Shown in pieces: positions 1 to 12,530 of a stretch of 61,596 nt of DNA (position 1 is its first letter; every line of letters begins with the position of its first letter). Position numbers and translations under genes: made by a program. The stretch comes from Octopus bimaculoides (Eukaryota), in the NCBI RefSeq assembly GCF_001194135.2, contig NC_068990.1, positions 84,777,100 to 84,838,695 on the forward strand, written 5' to 3'. The notes below the pieces were generated by a model. The model made no database searches. It saw only the letters and a program-made list of their open reading frames with translations, and was not told the DNA's origin.

Positions 1-44
1 TATATGTATACATATACATCTCTCTCTCTCTGAAAGTATCTGTC

Positions 45-345
45 ATTACAGTATCGAAATGTGATTGTTTCAGTTAGTAGAATAGTTTCATTTTTTAAAG
101 TGAAAGTATTTGACATGAGTGTTTTTGTTTCACTTTTGACACGTAATACTTAAATAGTGGAGGAGATATTATGTTGCCGTGGGCTCGAACTCTGCAAGAA
201 GTTAAAATTTTTTTTTACTAAAACACAACTGGAACCCTAAGTAAGGCATGTGTAAAATTTGAATGAAATTGGTTGCGTAGTTCTCGAGTTTTAGGGATTG
301 ACACAGACAGACAGACACACATTCTCATTTTTATATATATAGATA
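45..345. mobile_element. Non-autonomous Helitron/Helentron-like (HINE-type) repeat remnant
   Basis: Pattern aaatttgaatgaaattggttgcgtagttctcgagtt..(gaca)n..tttatatatatagat resembles non-autonomous Helitron-type repeats. Recognised by pattern only. Confidence 0.4.
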
Positions 346-848
346 ACGTTTCAGTGTGTCAACTGCAGCCATGTTGGGGACCATTTCGAAGAGTTTTAGT
401 CGAACAAATCAATACTAAACTTTTTTTTTAAAGCCTAGTGCTTATTCTATCGGTCTCTACCTGGCTGGCTCTAGTGAAACCGTCCCACCCATGCCAGCAT
501 GGAAGGTGGACGTTAAACGATGATGATATATGTGTGTGTTTCTCCTCACTTCCCATCTCATACTCTGGTTCCTGTTGCTTTACTTTTAACAATCACTTCT
601 ATCCATCCATCATCTCTGCCCACTATTGCTGGGAGGGGAGGTCATGGGGGTAGAGTCTTTAGGCATCTCCTCCATAGGATCCTGTCAGAAGCAACCCTCA
701 TTAGATTCCAGCACTACTTATGTCTTTTCTATATTTTCTCTATAATTGAATCTAAAACAGATGTCTGATACAGTTGTACTTTCATTTCCAAGCTGTAATC
801 ACTGCTAGCTATTTCTACTCTGATGGCTACTTATGAATCCCTTTTCAG

Positions 849-3800
849 TTGATGGATCCAAATTATGGTTTCTATGTGTGGCCTTGTGCAGTTGTACTAG
901 CACAGTATATCTGGTATTTCCAAGATCAGGTTGAAGGCAGAAGGATATTGGAGGTAAGATATCTCTCTTTGTTACTATAGAAAATTCTTTGAGGTTAAGA
1001 AGTTAGTTTTTGTCCTGTCACTGAATTGTACCTGTGACACAAGACACTTAACACTTGAATGTTTAGCATTGTCTGCCCAGATTAAGCAGATCTATGTTCA
1101 AAAGCATTTCAACTATGGACCATTCCATTGTATGATAGTTGTAAATCAGTGGTTCTCAATACCACAGGGGTGGTAGTGGGACCAAAGAAGGGCACTGGAT
1201 GGCTCTGTGTTCCCACCCCATACGACTGCCCCACTTGTCAGTGGTGCATCCTCAGATTTACACAAAAGTGCTTGTGCAAAAAGAAAACATCCTGAACTAC
1301 ATTTCTTGAAGTCATATCTTTCAAATTTTCAATTTTCTTCTCAAAACAAGAACAAAGAACAATAACAAATTAAAAAAAAACTCAAATGTTTATATACTGA
1401 AGCTTGTCAGAAAATATTGGAAGAGATAATTGAGAATGAAAAGAAATGGTACTAAACAAAAATGTCAACAACAACAATAAAGTAAACCAATAAGCAGTGG
1501 TGATGAATAAACTCAAGCATCCACTCCAACTGAACATGCTTTGGTTTTTCTCAGATGAGAAAAATTTCTGCCAGGGTCAGATAGAGAACGCACAGAACAA
1601 TCGTTGGCTTGCTGTGTCCCCAAAACATCTGAGAGTGATAAAAATCAAACATCCAGTCAACATGTTGGTGTTTGGACTGATCACTAGTGAAGGTGACATT
1701 ATGCCTCCACTCATCTTCCCACATGGCCTCAGACTTGACACGGGGGCCCACATCAAGTGGCTGGAGGGGCAGTGCTGCTCTGGGTCAAGAGGGTGGCTAC
1801 TGGAAGACCCTGTCTGGCAACAACATTCTGCACCATGCTACACAAGCAGGAGAACCCAGTCATGGCTGTATAACAATTTCTATGACCGTATCACCCCTAA
1901 CTCCCCAGACTGCAACCCCCATGATTATTATGTGTAGGGCGCAGTTAAGAGACCAACAAAACTCCTTGTAACACCAAAGATGAACTGAAGGCAAGGATTA
2001 TGGCAGCATTCACCAACTTAAACAAGGAGACCATCCAGAAGAGTTGCAAGAGATTCGTGGTTGAAACCAATGGACGATTTTATTGAATAAATTTACTCTT
2101 TAGTATTTCAAGATATTTTTATGTAATTTTGGTAAATATATCTGTTAAAATGAGATGTCAGTGTTATTTTCATTTTTGTGTAATTTAGATGACAGTATAT
2201 TCACCTCACCCTGTGTGTATATCCCAAGGTAAATACCACAGTATTCAGTATTGTAACAAAACATCCATGTTAAGATGGATATAAAGATTGTTTTTTGGTA
2301 TTAATATTGCTTCTGTTGCTCATAGTTAATTGATTAATTTCACTGTTATTATATTTCAGTTGAGTGCTGGGACTGCTTTGCCAGGAATTGTTGCAGCCAA
2401 ATGCAAGGCAGAATCCGTGGTTCTCAGTGATAGTTTTTTATTACCTGACAGTCTGCGACATTGTAAGAATTGCTGTGCTGCCAATGAGCTGCCAGATTTA
2501 CCTGTTATTGGTATTACATGGGGGCTTTTTTCACCTGACTTAATAAATCTTGCACCAGTTGATATCATTCTTGGTTCTGACTGTTTTTATAACCTGAAAG
2601 GTAACTCCTCATTTATTATTTTTTTATTATTATTATTATTATTGTTGTTGTTTAAGGCAGCGAGCTGGCAGAATCATTAGCACACCAGGTGAAATGCTTA
2701 GCGGTATTTTGCCTGTCGCTATGTTGAGTTCAAATTCCGCCGAGGTCAACTTTGTCTTTTATCCTTTTAGGGTTGATTAAATAAGTACCAATTAAGCATT
2801 GGGGTCGATGTAATCAACTATCCTCCTAGTAGAAAGGGTTATTATTGTTTAAGGTAGCGAGCTGGCAGAATCATTAGCACATAAAGAGTTGGAATAAACA
2901 CCACAAGGCATTTTATCTAGCATTCTAATGATTCTGCCAACCCACTAATAAATAATAGTATGTATATATATTTTGCTTTGGTTAACATTATCTCCAGAAT
3001 TCCAATCAAAAATTCATTGTTAATTCCAGACTTTGAAGACATTATAGTAACTGTATCATTTATTTTGGAGAAGAACATTGAATGCCAGTTTTGGTGCACT
3101 TATCAAGAAAGAAGGTAGGTTCACATGATATTTTTAAAATGGTTATTTGGTCATTGTACTGCGGCTATGCTGGGGGTACTTGCTTGACACTTGATGTTGG
3201 TGTGTTCACATCCCTGTAACTTAGTGGTTCAGCAAAAGACACTGATAGAATAAGTACTAGGCTTACAAAGAAGTCCTGGGTTCAATTTCTTTGACTAAAA
3301 AACCCTTTATGGCAGTGCTCCAGGATGGCCACAGTCAAATGACTGAGACAAGCAAAAGAATAAAAGAATACACACACATAATTTAACATGAGCTTTCTAA
3401 GCTGGCATAGGTTGGATGACTTGGCAAGTCATAAGGCCATGTCAGGCTCCAATGCCAGCTTTGATATGGTTTCTATATCTGGATGCCCTTTTTAATGCCA
3501 ACCACTTTACAGAGTATAATGGGATGTTTTTCATGCTATTGGCGCTAACAAGGTTTCTAAATCATCATTGTCATTGCTTAATGTCTGCCTTCCATGCTGG
3601 CCTGTGTAGGACAGTTTGACAGGAGCCAGCCAGGTAGAAGCCTGCACCAGACCTCTGTGTCTGTTTTCGCAGGATTTTTACAGCTGGATGCCATTCCTAA
3701 CACCAACTACCCAGCGCAGTGGACTGAGTGCTTTTTATGTGGCACAAGCACAGGCAAGGTTACAGTGTGGACAAGATGCTTTTTAAGTGGCACCTGCACT

Positions 3801-4783
3801 GACAGGGTCACCAAGTAACTTGCAAGACAAGAGGGAAGGGGGCAAGTGCCAGGGCTTACCCTTGATGTTTGAATGTCATGTTGTAAGTGGCAGGACATTG
3901 CCAAAGAAGCAGGATTAGAGGGTGGGGAGGGGGATGCAGTGAGTGGTGAAAACCTGGGTATATAGGGTGGTAGGGGCTACCGGATAGCAGTGATATTGAG
4001 AAACAGGGCTGTGAGGATAGGAGTGGGAGGTAAGCATAGTGCATGATGGAGGAAATGTGAGGAAAAGAAGAGATGTAATTTGGGTTGTTGGGGTAGAGAG
4101 TGTGAAAAGTTTTCTTGTTGCATGTAGATGGAACCCACAGCACTTCTAGAATTCAGTTTTGTTGTTGTGGGCAGGTCTTCTCGAGAACCTCATATCACCA
4201 GACACCGCGATCCATTGCCATTTCCTCAGTGAAGCCCAACATCCGGAGATTGGTCCTTCCTAGTTCTTCTTCCATGGGCACCATCCACTTTCAGTGATTG
4301 GCTCTTCTTTATGCAATTGTCCTCAGTGTGTGTGTGTGTATGTAAAATATATATACATAGAGAGAGAGAGAGGAAAGCAAAGCAAAAAGAAGAAAATGCT
4401 TTACCTGTCTACACAATGATATTGCTTAGGTAGTGATGACATTTGGTATCCCTACCAGAGCAGATAGAAAGGAAACTGATTCTAGAGACTTGCTTTTTTT
4501 TTTACTTCTAGCAGCTGTTAATACTTCTGTGGCAACCTTGAAGAATGATAACTTGCTGTACTATCAAAGTGACTGGTTACTTTTTCAATAACTGCTCTGC
4601 ATTTTAATTTTCAGCTCAGACCAATCTATAGAACCTCTACTAAAACACTGGAATCTGAATTGTTGTCAAGTATCTCTGGCTGAATTCCAAGCTGATGGTC
4701 CAGACATTGCCAATTCGGGCCTCCCAGGAAATCATACCATTCAAATGCTGAAGATATTTAAGAGAAAGCCTAAGATTGGATGA
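849..4783 (+). CDS. METTL23: Methyltransferase-like protein 23 (family-16 SAM-dependent methyltransferase), 4 exons, probably 5'-partial
   Basis: Exons 849-953, 2360-2600, 3030-3114, 4615-4783 have AG/GT boundaries and compatible phases (600 nt, ends TGA). Translation LMDPNYGFYVWPCAVVLAQYIWY..RILE|LSAGTALPGIVAAKC..TWG..DIILGSDCFYNLK|DFEDIIVTVSFIL..FWCTYQERS|SDQSIEPLLKHW..SGLPGNHTIQML matches the recalled METTL23 pattern (YVWPCAVVLAQY, DFEDI, TYQxRS, LPGxHT). An upstream exon was not found. Confidence 0.93.
1497..2215 (+). mobile_element. Decayed Tc1/mariner-superfamily transposase fragment (maT/DD37D-like) with right end
   Basis: FSDEKNF..NAQNNRWLA..VFGLITSEGDIMPPLIF..WQQHSAPCYTS..NSPDCNPHDYYV. 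The second catalytic D is replaced by H, with an internal deletion and frameshift. Terminal caccctgt at about 2207-2214 is typical of Tc1/mariner TIRs. Confidence 0.8.
2654..2845 (+). mobile_element. tRNA-derived SINE, family A (aaggcggcgagctggcagaa head, AT-rich tail)
   Basis: Same sequence family as the TSD-flanked copy at 37226-37438. Many further decayed copies, e.g. about 10130-10300, 13820-13990, 25990-26130, 56360-56880. Confidence 0.8.
3560..4297 (-). mobile_element. Old RTE-type LINE 3' end (ORF C-terminus, long 3' UTR, gat tail)
   Basis: Minus strand reads SLKVDGAHGRRTRK..LRMLGFTEEMAMDRGVW..VLEKT, followed by a 3' UTR also seen on + at about 43990-44330 and ending in gatgat repeats. 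Confidence 0.7.
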
Positions 4784-7700
4784 AGCTGCTTCCTCCATAC
4801 CCACTTCTGCAAATGGTGACATTTGTTGGCATTTTCCAGCCAACAAACTGTCTGCAAGTTTTACTTGAAAGACAGACAAGGGTTAGCAACAAGAACATCT
4901 AGCCATAAAAATCCTATCCTTTTCTTCATCATCTAACCCATGCTGGCATGGAAAAAGATGTTAAACCAACAAATGAATGAATATGACCAGGATCTTGGAT
5001 TAACACAATATGTATCAGGCTATGGCGTTAGTGAAAAAGAGACATTTAGGTAGGTAAGTACTATGAATACACTTGCTACAATGGGGAAGTCTTGGATTTG
5101 TAGAACAAAGATAATCATTAAATTAATAATGGATATGTTTGAAATGAGGGGGGGAAAAAAAAAAGTGTCTATCACCTGTCCATTTCTTTCAAATCCAAAG
5201 TGGCAGAAGAATAACCATTCAACTGTAAAATGGCTTAAGTCCAACAGGTTGTCAGCATTCAACCATGAACAGGATTAAGTGCCTGAATCTTCTGCTTAAC
5301 CAATGGTAGTGACTAATGTTGGAATGTGCCTCAAATAACAATACAAGAGACTTCAGGAATCAATAAAGAAGCCTCTACATAGTCACTGACCAGATAGATA
5401 TAGCTGCCATATCTCCCTCATACCATCTTGAAAGAAAGGAAGGATAACATAGTTTTGTGGAGGGTGGAAATGAGGTCATAGCTGGAGCACTTTTAAGGTT
5501 AAAAAAAAAAACTGAAATAATGAAAATTGTTTGAATTCAGCACAAACATTTCTCAATTATACAAGCCCCACCTCCAATTCCTTCCATTATTGTAGATACC
5601 CAATTTAGTAGAGTGCCTTATCAACCAAGAGATTGTTGACAACAGATTATGTACTGTCAGTGTGTTCAATTTATGAACAAGATTGAACTTATGGAATTTA
5701 ATCTTGTTACTGTAAGGAGTGGGAACACTATAAAATTAAAGAGGAATTTATTGGTTTGTAGTGTTGAATTCAATTCCTTTCATAAAAGTTACCTGGAAAG
5801 TAGACTGGTATTCCATCCTGGAGATGCCTCCCAGCTCTGTGTACAAAAGAGGGCAGATCCTTTATACATGGCTGCATTTTTTTTTTTTTACTAGGGTACT
5901 TATTAATGACTAAATATGAATCAAACCACCATATGTTTGGTGTTGTTACCAAACTGAGCAGTGCCGCTTCTAGACATGGTTCATGTAATGTAACTTGGTC
6001 TTGTGATAGACATGTGTAACTGACTGCATTAAATGTCAATGACGCTAGATTTTTTTTTCTTGTCTACTACCATACAGTAAATATGCCGTGAGGTTTCATT
6101 GCATTGGTATGGCAGAACGTTTGCAATCAGCAAGTGCTTAAGGAATTATGAGTAATTAAAGAACAAAAAAAAGCAACACGTTTTACCTTGTTTTTAATAT
6201 TTATTAAATTCTGGATAAAATTTCGAACTTTGTATTTTTCTTCAGAAAATTGAAGTTTTTCTAGTAAGGCAATAATTAGAACAATCCATTCAAGGCAGTC
6301 ATTTGTTTCTCTCCCACTCACCTAATAAACAAAACAGTTAAATAACAAATATATCTATATGATGGTGTTTGTGTCTTTATTTCTTTATTACCAAACAAAA
6401 TTGCTTAAGCTTACTAAAAAGGAAACAAATTTACCCAATTCCCCAATCAACACAAATAAGGAGGGTCATTTTGAAAAGGCAATTCATATAATTATAAATA
6501 AAATATGTTAAGTCATATAAATGTATATATAACAAAAATATTTTAATTAAACTTTATATAAATCTACTGGAAATTATATTGCTTGACCAAAATGAATTTT
6601 TAAGAGAGCCTGAAGTGTAGCTTGTGACAAAGTTTTGGTAACAAGCCAAATTTGTAGATATTTAATGATAAATCTTAAATACATGAGAAATAAAATGGTC
6701 AATTTTTTTTAATACTGGACAACAGAGTATCTGGAATAGTGAGACTAAGCATTACCAACTATTGGAGCAGTCAAATATTTGCCATTTTTATTCCTGCCAT
6801 TATTTAAGACAACTTATTCCCTATCATTTCACACATTTCCAATGACTTACCAATTCTGAAGGTTTGAAAATGCTAAATATTTAATTCAGGTTAAACACCA
6901 CATATGGACAGGCTGAGAGAAAAAAAATGAAATGTATTTATCTCTACAAACACAGACAGCTAAGTGAACAAAGACAATGGAGAATTAACTGTCCTGTCCA
7001 AATAAAAGAAAGACGGTATGAAAGAACAGAACAAATGAACTTGTAACCAAATACCTTTTCACATTTTGATGCAGTATAAATTAGGAGGGAGAGAAAATAT
7101 TTTTGAAGAAATAGTAGCACAATTGTTTTGTGATGATAAATGTTAAGAAATGCTGCACTTAATGCATCCCCCCAAAATAAGGCATCAGTATCCAAGACTT
7201 TGGATGTATGAGTTAAGATTTAGTGGTGGTAGGGAAAGACCCTATAAGGCCACACTCAGTCATAAAGACTTGTTTTTAAGGCAACTGTTGAAGTAGCACA
7301 TACAATTATTGAGATCCACAAGATATGTGTAAAATGAGTGTATTTAGGCACAAAACCAGAGAACAATAACTTGTGTGTTCATGTTGGTCCAAATGTCATT
7401 AGCAGCAAAAGCAAACTGGTTTCTACTGACAAAAATCAAACTGTATTCTTGGTTTGCTGTGGGCTAATTTTTCTACTGGCAAAAGGCTTACTTTTGTCTC
7501 GTAGGTGGGGAAATTTAGTCAATTGAATTGGCCTACAGCATATTAATGGTACTTTGTACTGCCCTATACATTGTTACAATTTCAATGAAGAAAAAAATAC
7601 TGGCAAACTTAATACTGCTCGCTTCGCTCCACTTTTTTTTTTTTTTTTTTTTTTTTTTTGTTTTTGTTTTAAATAATGAAAAGAATATATCTTCAAATGC

Positions 7701-7799
7701 AACTCTAAAATATAATTAACATACATCCTTTGTAGATATCTTTCTCACATAACATAATACAACCTGAATTTATAGATTGTCTTTGATAAAGAATGTCAC

Positions 7800-8069
7800 T
7801 GAACATTTCTCAATAATCTATGGACATGTGCGAGTGGCACATAAAAGACACCATTTCGAGCGTGGCCGTTTTCGTGCGGGTGACACGTAAAAGCACCCAC
7901 TACACTCCGAGTGGTTGGCGTTAGGAAGGGCATCCAGCTGTAGAAACTCTGCAAAATTAGATTGGAGCCTGGTGTTGCCATCCGGTTTCACCAGTCCTCA
8001 GTCAAATTGTCCAACCCATGCTAGCATGGAAGGCGGACGTTAAACGATGATGATGATGATGATGATGAT
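7800..8069 (+). mobile_element. RTE-type LINE 3' terminal fragment with (GAT)n tail
   Basis: Near-identical to the 3' ends at 14010-14296, 32815-33225 and 43775-43897; ends gcatggaaggcggacgttaaac(gat)n. Confidence 0.85.
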
Positions 8070-8699
8070 GAATTATTATGAGACCTGTTATATGCTTTAT
8101 TACAAAAAATAAACTAAAACAAAATTAGTTTTAACAACCTGCGAAAAATCTTCACAGATATGGTTAATGGACAAACTGACAACTTGCTTAGTTTTTTTTT
8201 TGCATTCAACAAATGTTTTAAATATAAGATTGATTCTTCTTTTGCATCATTCAAATAAAGATTCTTCAAACCACTTGATCATGTATATATATGTGTGTCT
8301 ATAGATCATGTATATGTGTGAATGGCTGTGTGTATATATATATATACACACACACACATACATGTGTGTGTGCATCATATCCCTTTTAGTTTAACATGAG
8401 AATAATGGCTCCAACAATGGCAAAACAGAAATTTCAGTTCATCCATTCACTTACTTGGATCTTAAAAAGAGAAAGTGACTAGTTTCTCATTCAATCGTTT
8501 AAGAGTTTGATAGGGAAATTAATGAAGGACATCATCACACCCCAACTTTTTAGCTACATTTATCCTCTATGTCCTTTTATAGCCATGTTTTGGGAGGCGG
8601 GGATGATGTATTTGTTCTGTATGGTCTTTTTCTTCTCTTCCTTTGCTCTGTCAAGTTCTCTTCACCTTTTGATGTAATGCTTGTGGCATCTTAATGGCC

Positions 8700-11600
8700 C
8701 TAGTTTCCATTTACAAAACTGTCTTTATTTGAAGAGAGAGAACGTAAACTATTTGCAATTTCTCTGCAACAGAAAAATTTAAAGAATATACATATATGCA
8801 CACAAACATGAATACTTTACAAACCAACATTTTGAACTCCCAAGAATATCAACCCATTCAGTAAACAGGAAATATTAATGAAACCAATATAGAAACTTCA
8901 AAAAATTGTTTGAGTTGACGGATATGGAATACTAAGAGAAGATTGTAATTTTCTAGAATTAACCTTAACTTCAGAGTACATTTATGCTTCAATCTCCAAT
9001 CAGCATATTTCTAGATATGTACATACCTACTGACTGAATTTTCACACTAGGCACCTTTATTTCTGAAATGAATGCAATAATGTCCATCTCCAGTAGGCCA
9101 AATGATAGTGGATCAAAAAATTAGTCTTAGTTTAAAAAGGTACTCTTTTACTGACCCAAGAGGGATGAAGGGCAAAGTTGACCCCCAACAGGATTTAGTC
9201 TTAATGTAGAATAGCATAACTAAATATCCAACAACATAGACAGAGAGATGCATATTTTGGTTGAAATGTATAGTCAATAAAAATGATGTTAGTACATGAC
9301 ATGATTACTTTATTGGCCCCAGATTGATGGAACACCAAAGTTAAATCTGGTAGACATTTTGTCTGACACTATAGTCCCCATTCACTATATTTAATAAAAA
9401 TAGTAATAATAATAAAAGTAAACTTACTTTGATAAATAAAAAAATATATAGCCAGAATCCTGACGAGTGTTTTGTACTTCAGTTTCGTTAGTTAACTGTA
9501 CTTCTTTGTCGTCAAAGGAATACCATTTATTGGTCTGTAAATCTAAAACTTCACTTAAATAGTGTCCTGATGTGAAATAAAGGAAAAAAACATTTAGACA
9601 TTTAAAAGAGAAAAGAAAAGTATATACAACTCTGACATGTCTTGCAGTTTAATTTTATCGGCCAGTGAAGTATAAAAAGCAAAGCTGACCTGGAAGAATT
9701 TGAACTCAGACTGTTAAGAGATGTGACTAAAGACTTCTCCCAAATATCATAACAAGTAGATGTTACACATTTCATCAATTATCCTGTTTGCTTCATAACT
9801 TCAGTCTCTGATGTTGAAGTAAAGCAGTCCACATTGTTCATCAACGAGTCAAAAAATATGTAACCTTGGGAGGCCATCGGCACAGAAAAGAACCCCTTCT
9901 GAGCCCAACACCTCATTCTTCACCATCTTTCTCACTGTCCATTCTTTGATGTTCCTCAACCAACTTTATAGGTTTCTCAGACATCAAAACAGTTATTAAT
10001 TTTTAGAAATTGATTTCTTAAACCAGTTACTTAGATATTCATTACATACACTGGGCTGAGTACAATAGAAATACATACTCTTACTCACGGGTACACAGAT
10101 ATGTAATTTCTTTTAGATATTAGAATATAATAAAGTTTCTAACAGCAGAGGCACAAGGCCTAAAATTTCTGAGGGGTGAGAAGAGTCTATTACATCAATC
10201 TCAGAACTTAACTGGTAGTTTATTTTACTGACCCTGAAAGGATGAAAGCAAAATTAACAAGGAGAAAGAGGGGAAGTGAGTTTGAACCTAGAATGTAAAG
10301 ACCCACAAAGCATTTTGTTCAACACTAATGGTTAGGCCAATCCATGACCCCGACACTTAGTGCTGCCAGTCTACTGACCAAGTGAGTCACACATTTTATT
10401 TCCACATAATGCTGAAAGATCAGAGAGTATATCAAAGATGCTCTAAGCTTGAATTGCTATAAAAACTAATGCGTTTTCTGCCAGAATGTGAGGGAAGATG
10501 TCCCAAATGAAAAGTGTCAGCCCAACTATTTCAACCTGGCCATGGTGAAATGAGGTATTTGAGATTAACTGTACACATTATTGATGACTTACACTCATGT
10601 CTGTCATCTTGCTGAAGACAGGTCTGCCACATATCTCATTCCATCAGCAACATTTGCAGTACCACTGTCTTCTTTCCGAGTCTTGACAATAGTTTTCATA
10701 GGAGATATGGCTCACCCTCCTATGGATTGCTTAGCAGTTAATGGCATGGCACACCAAATACACAATGAAATGACTTGCAGTGGATTTGAAAAAGACCTAT
10801 GAGTTTTAAGTCCAATATGTTATTTATTTGATCCAATTTTACATTTTAAATCAAAGATTGAGTCAAAAAAATTAAATAGTAGCCAAGTTGGCCATCAGAA
10901 CACAGCATTCTTAAACTCTCCAGTTAAACAACCAATTGCTTTATTCTCTCATTTTAAATGGAGCAGGTATCTTACATGACATAACAAGCATTATGATCGA
11001 ACTGGTGTGTAGGGAGGAGAAATCAAAAAAGAGATTTGAGAAAGCAGAAACAAAATGAAGGAAGAGTTACTACAACTTACCAGAAACAGATGTATTTCCA
11101 ATATGTGCAACAACACTGACAAGTTGGTAGGACTGAGGTAAATTACCTTCCTGGAAAAAACAAACAAAAACTGCATTAGACTTAATGTCTCACCCAACCA
11201 GACAGACAACATGGAATTTATGAATCCTTATTTTAATTACTAAATATTTGTTGACGTTTGTCCACCTTTTTAATTGGTAATACATTTATCCTGCTGGGTT
11301 TCCCTGAATCACATTTACTAAGTGTGCCAGTTTAATTGCTGACATTTCAACCATCTAACAAGTTGTACTAGATTACATGTAACACAATAATGAAGACAAC
11401 CCATATAGGAAGCCAGTGGGAAGATAAAATGCAACCAGTTCATTCTGTGAAATGAATTATGTGAGTAAGAGCATCTAGCCACAACAATGGACTAACAAGT
11501 TTTGTCTGCAGATCACAGTAAGTAGTAAGACACGAGAGAGAAACATTAATTCACCCCTCTGTAATATAACAAATAAGGTGAGTTAAACTAATTAAATATA

Positions 11601-12491
11601 AGTTTCAAGGAGCTGACCATAAAAGTTTCTTTCAAAACTAAGTTTTAGTTTGAGAAAGAAGTAGTAATGCTTTGAATATAATAATAGTTGTAATTAATGT
11701 TGTTAGAACAGAAAAAAAAAAGGAAAAAAAGAATTACCACAGAATTAGTTTTTAGTATTTCAATTTCTTCTTTTGACCGTTTCAACGTTTCAACAGAAAC
11801 GCCAAATTCTGCAGGAGAGGGCTGAAGTTCATCATCATTATTTAAATCTAGGAACAAGAATAATGATCTTAAGTTTTTTTTCTTTTTTTTTTTTGCATAT
11901 TATAAACACAAAAGACAAATTTTAAGTAAAGATTTGTTACTGAACGACCCTCTGCCTATCTCCTCTCTTTGACTGGTAATTATTTTTTATCAAATCTGGA
12001 GACAAAAGGCAGAACTTAAGGTTCTGAATCAAAAAAAAAAAAGTAAAAGAGTGTAACAATATCACAAAGTACAAACATGCATGTATGTATGTGTGTGTGT
12101 TTTATATCTTTTACAAAAAAATTGTCAGTGATGGTGAGAAGAGTGAAATCCATAGAAATTGAAGTCAAAATCTCAGCAAATAGATCAATACAAACTTTAC
12201 TCACCATAAAGACTCATAGCTTTTGCTTTCTTCAGATCTTCCTCTTCTTGGTTAACGCCAACCTAAAGTGAACAAATATTTTCTTTTTTGTTATAACAAG
12301 AAAGCATATTGATGGATAGAAAAGTACATTAGTCTCATGTATATATCATCATTTAACATCTGCTTTTCATGCTGACACAAGTTGGACGGTTTGACATGGA
12401 GCTGGTCAGCTGTGAGCTGTCCCGACAAGGTTTCTACAGCTGGATGCACTTCCTAATGCCAACCACTTAACAGTGTGCTGGGTGCTTTATG

Positions 12492-12530
<39 letters not shown>

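Noticed and set aside
7617-7626. gctcgcttcg resembling the U6 5' end
   Set aside because: The match stops after 10 nt.
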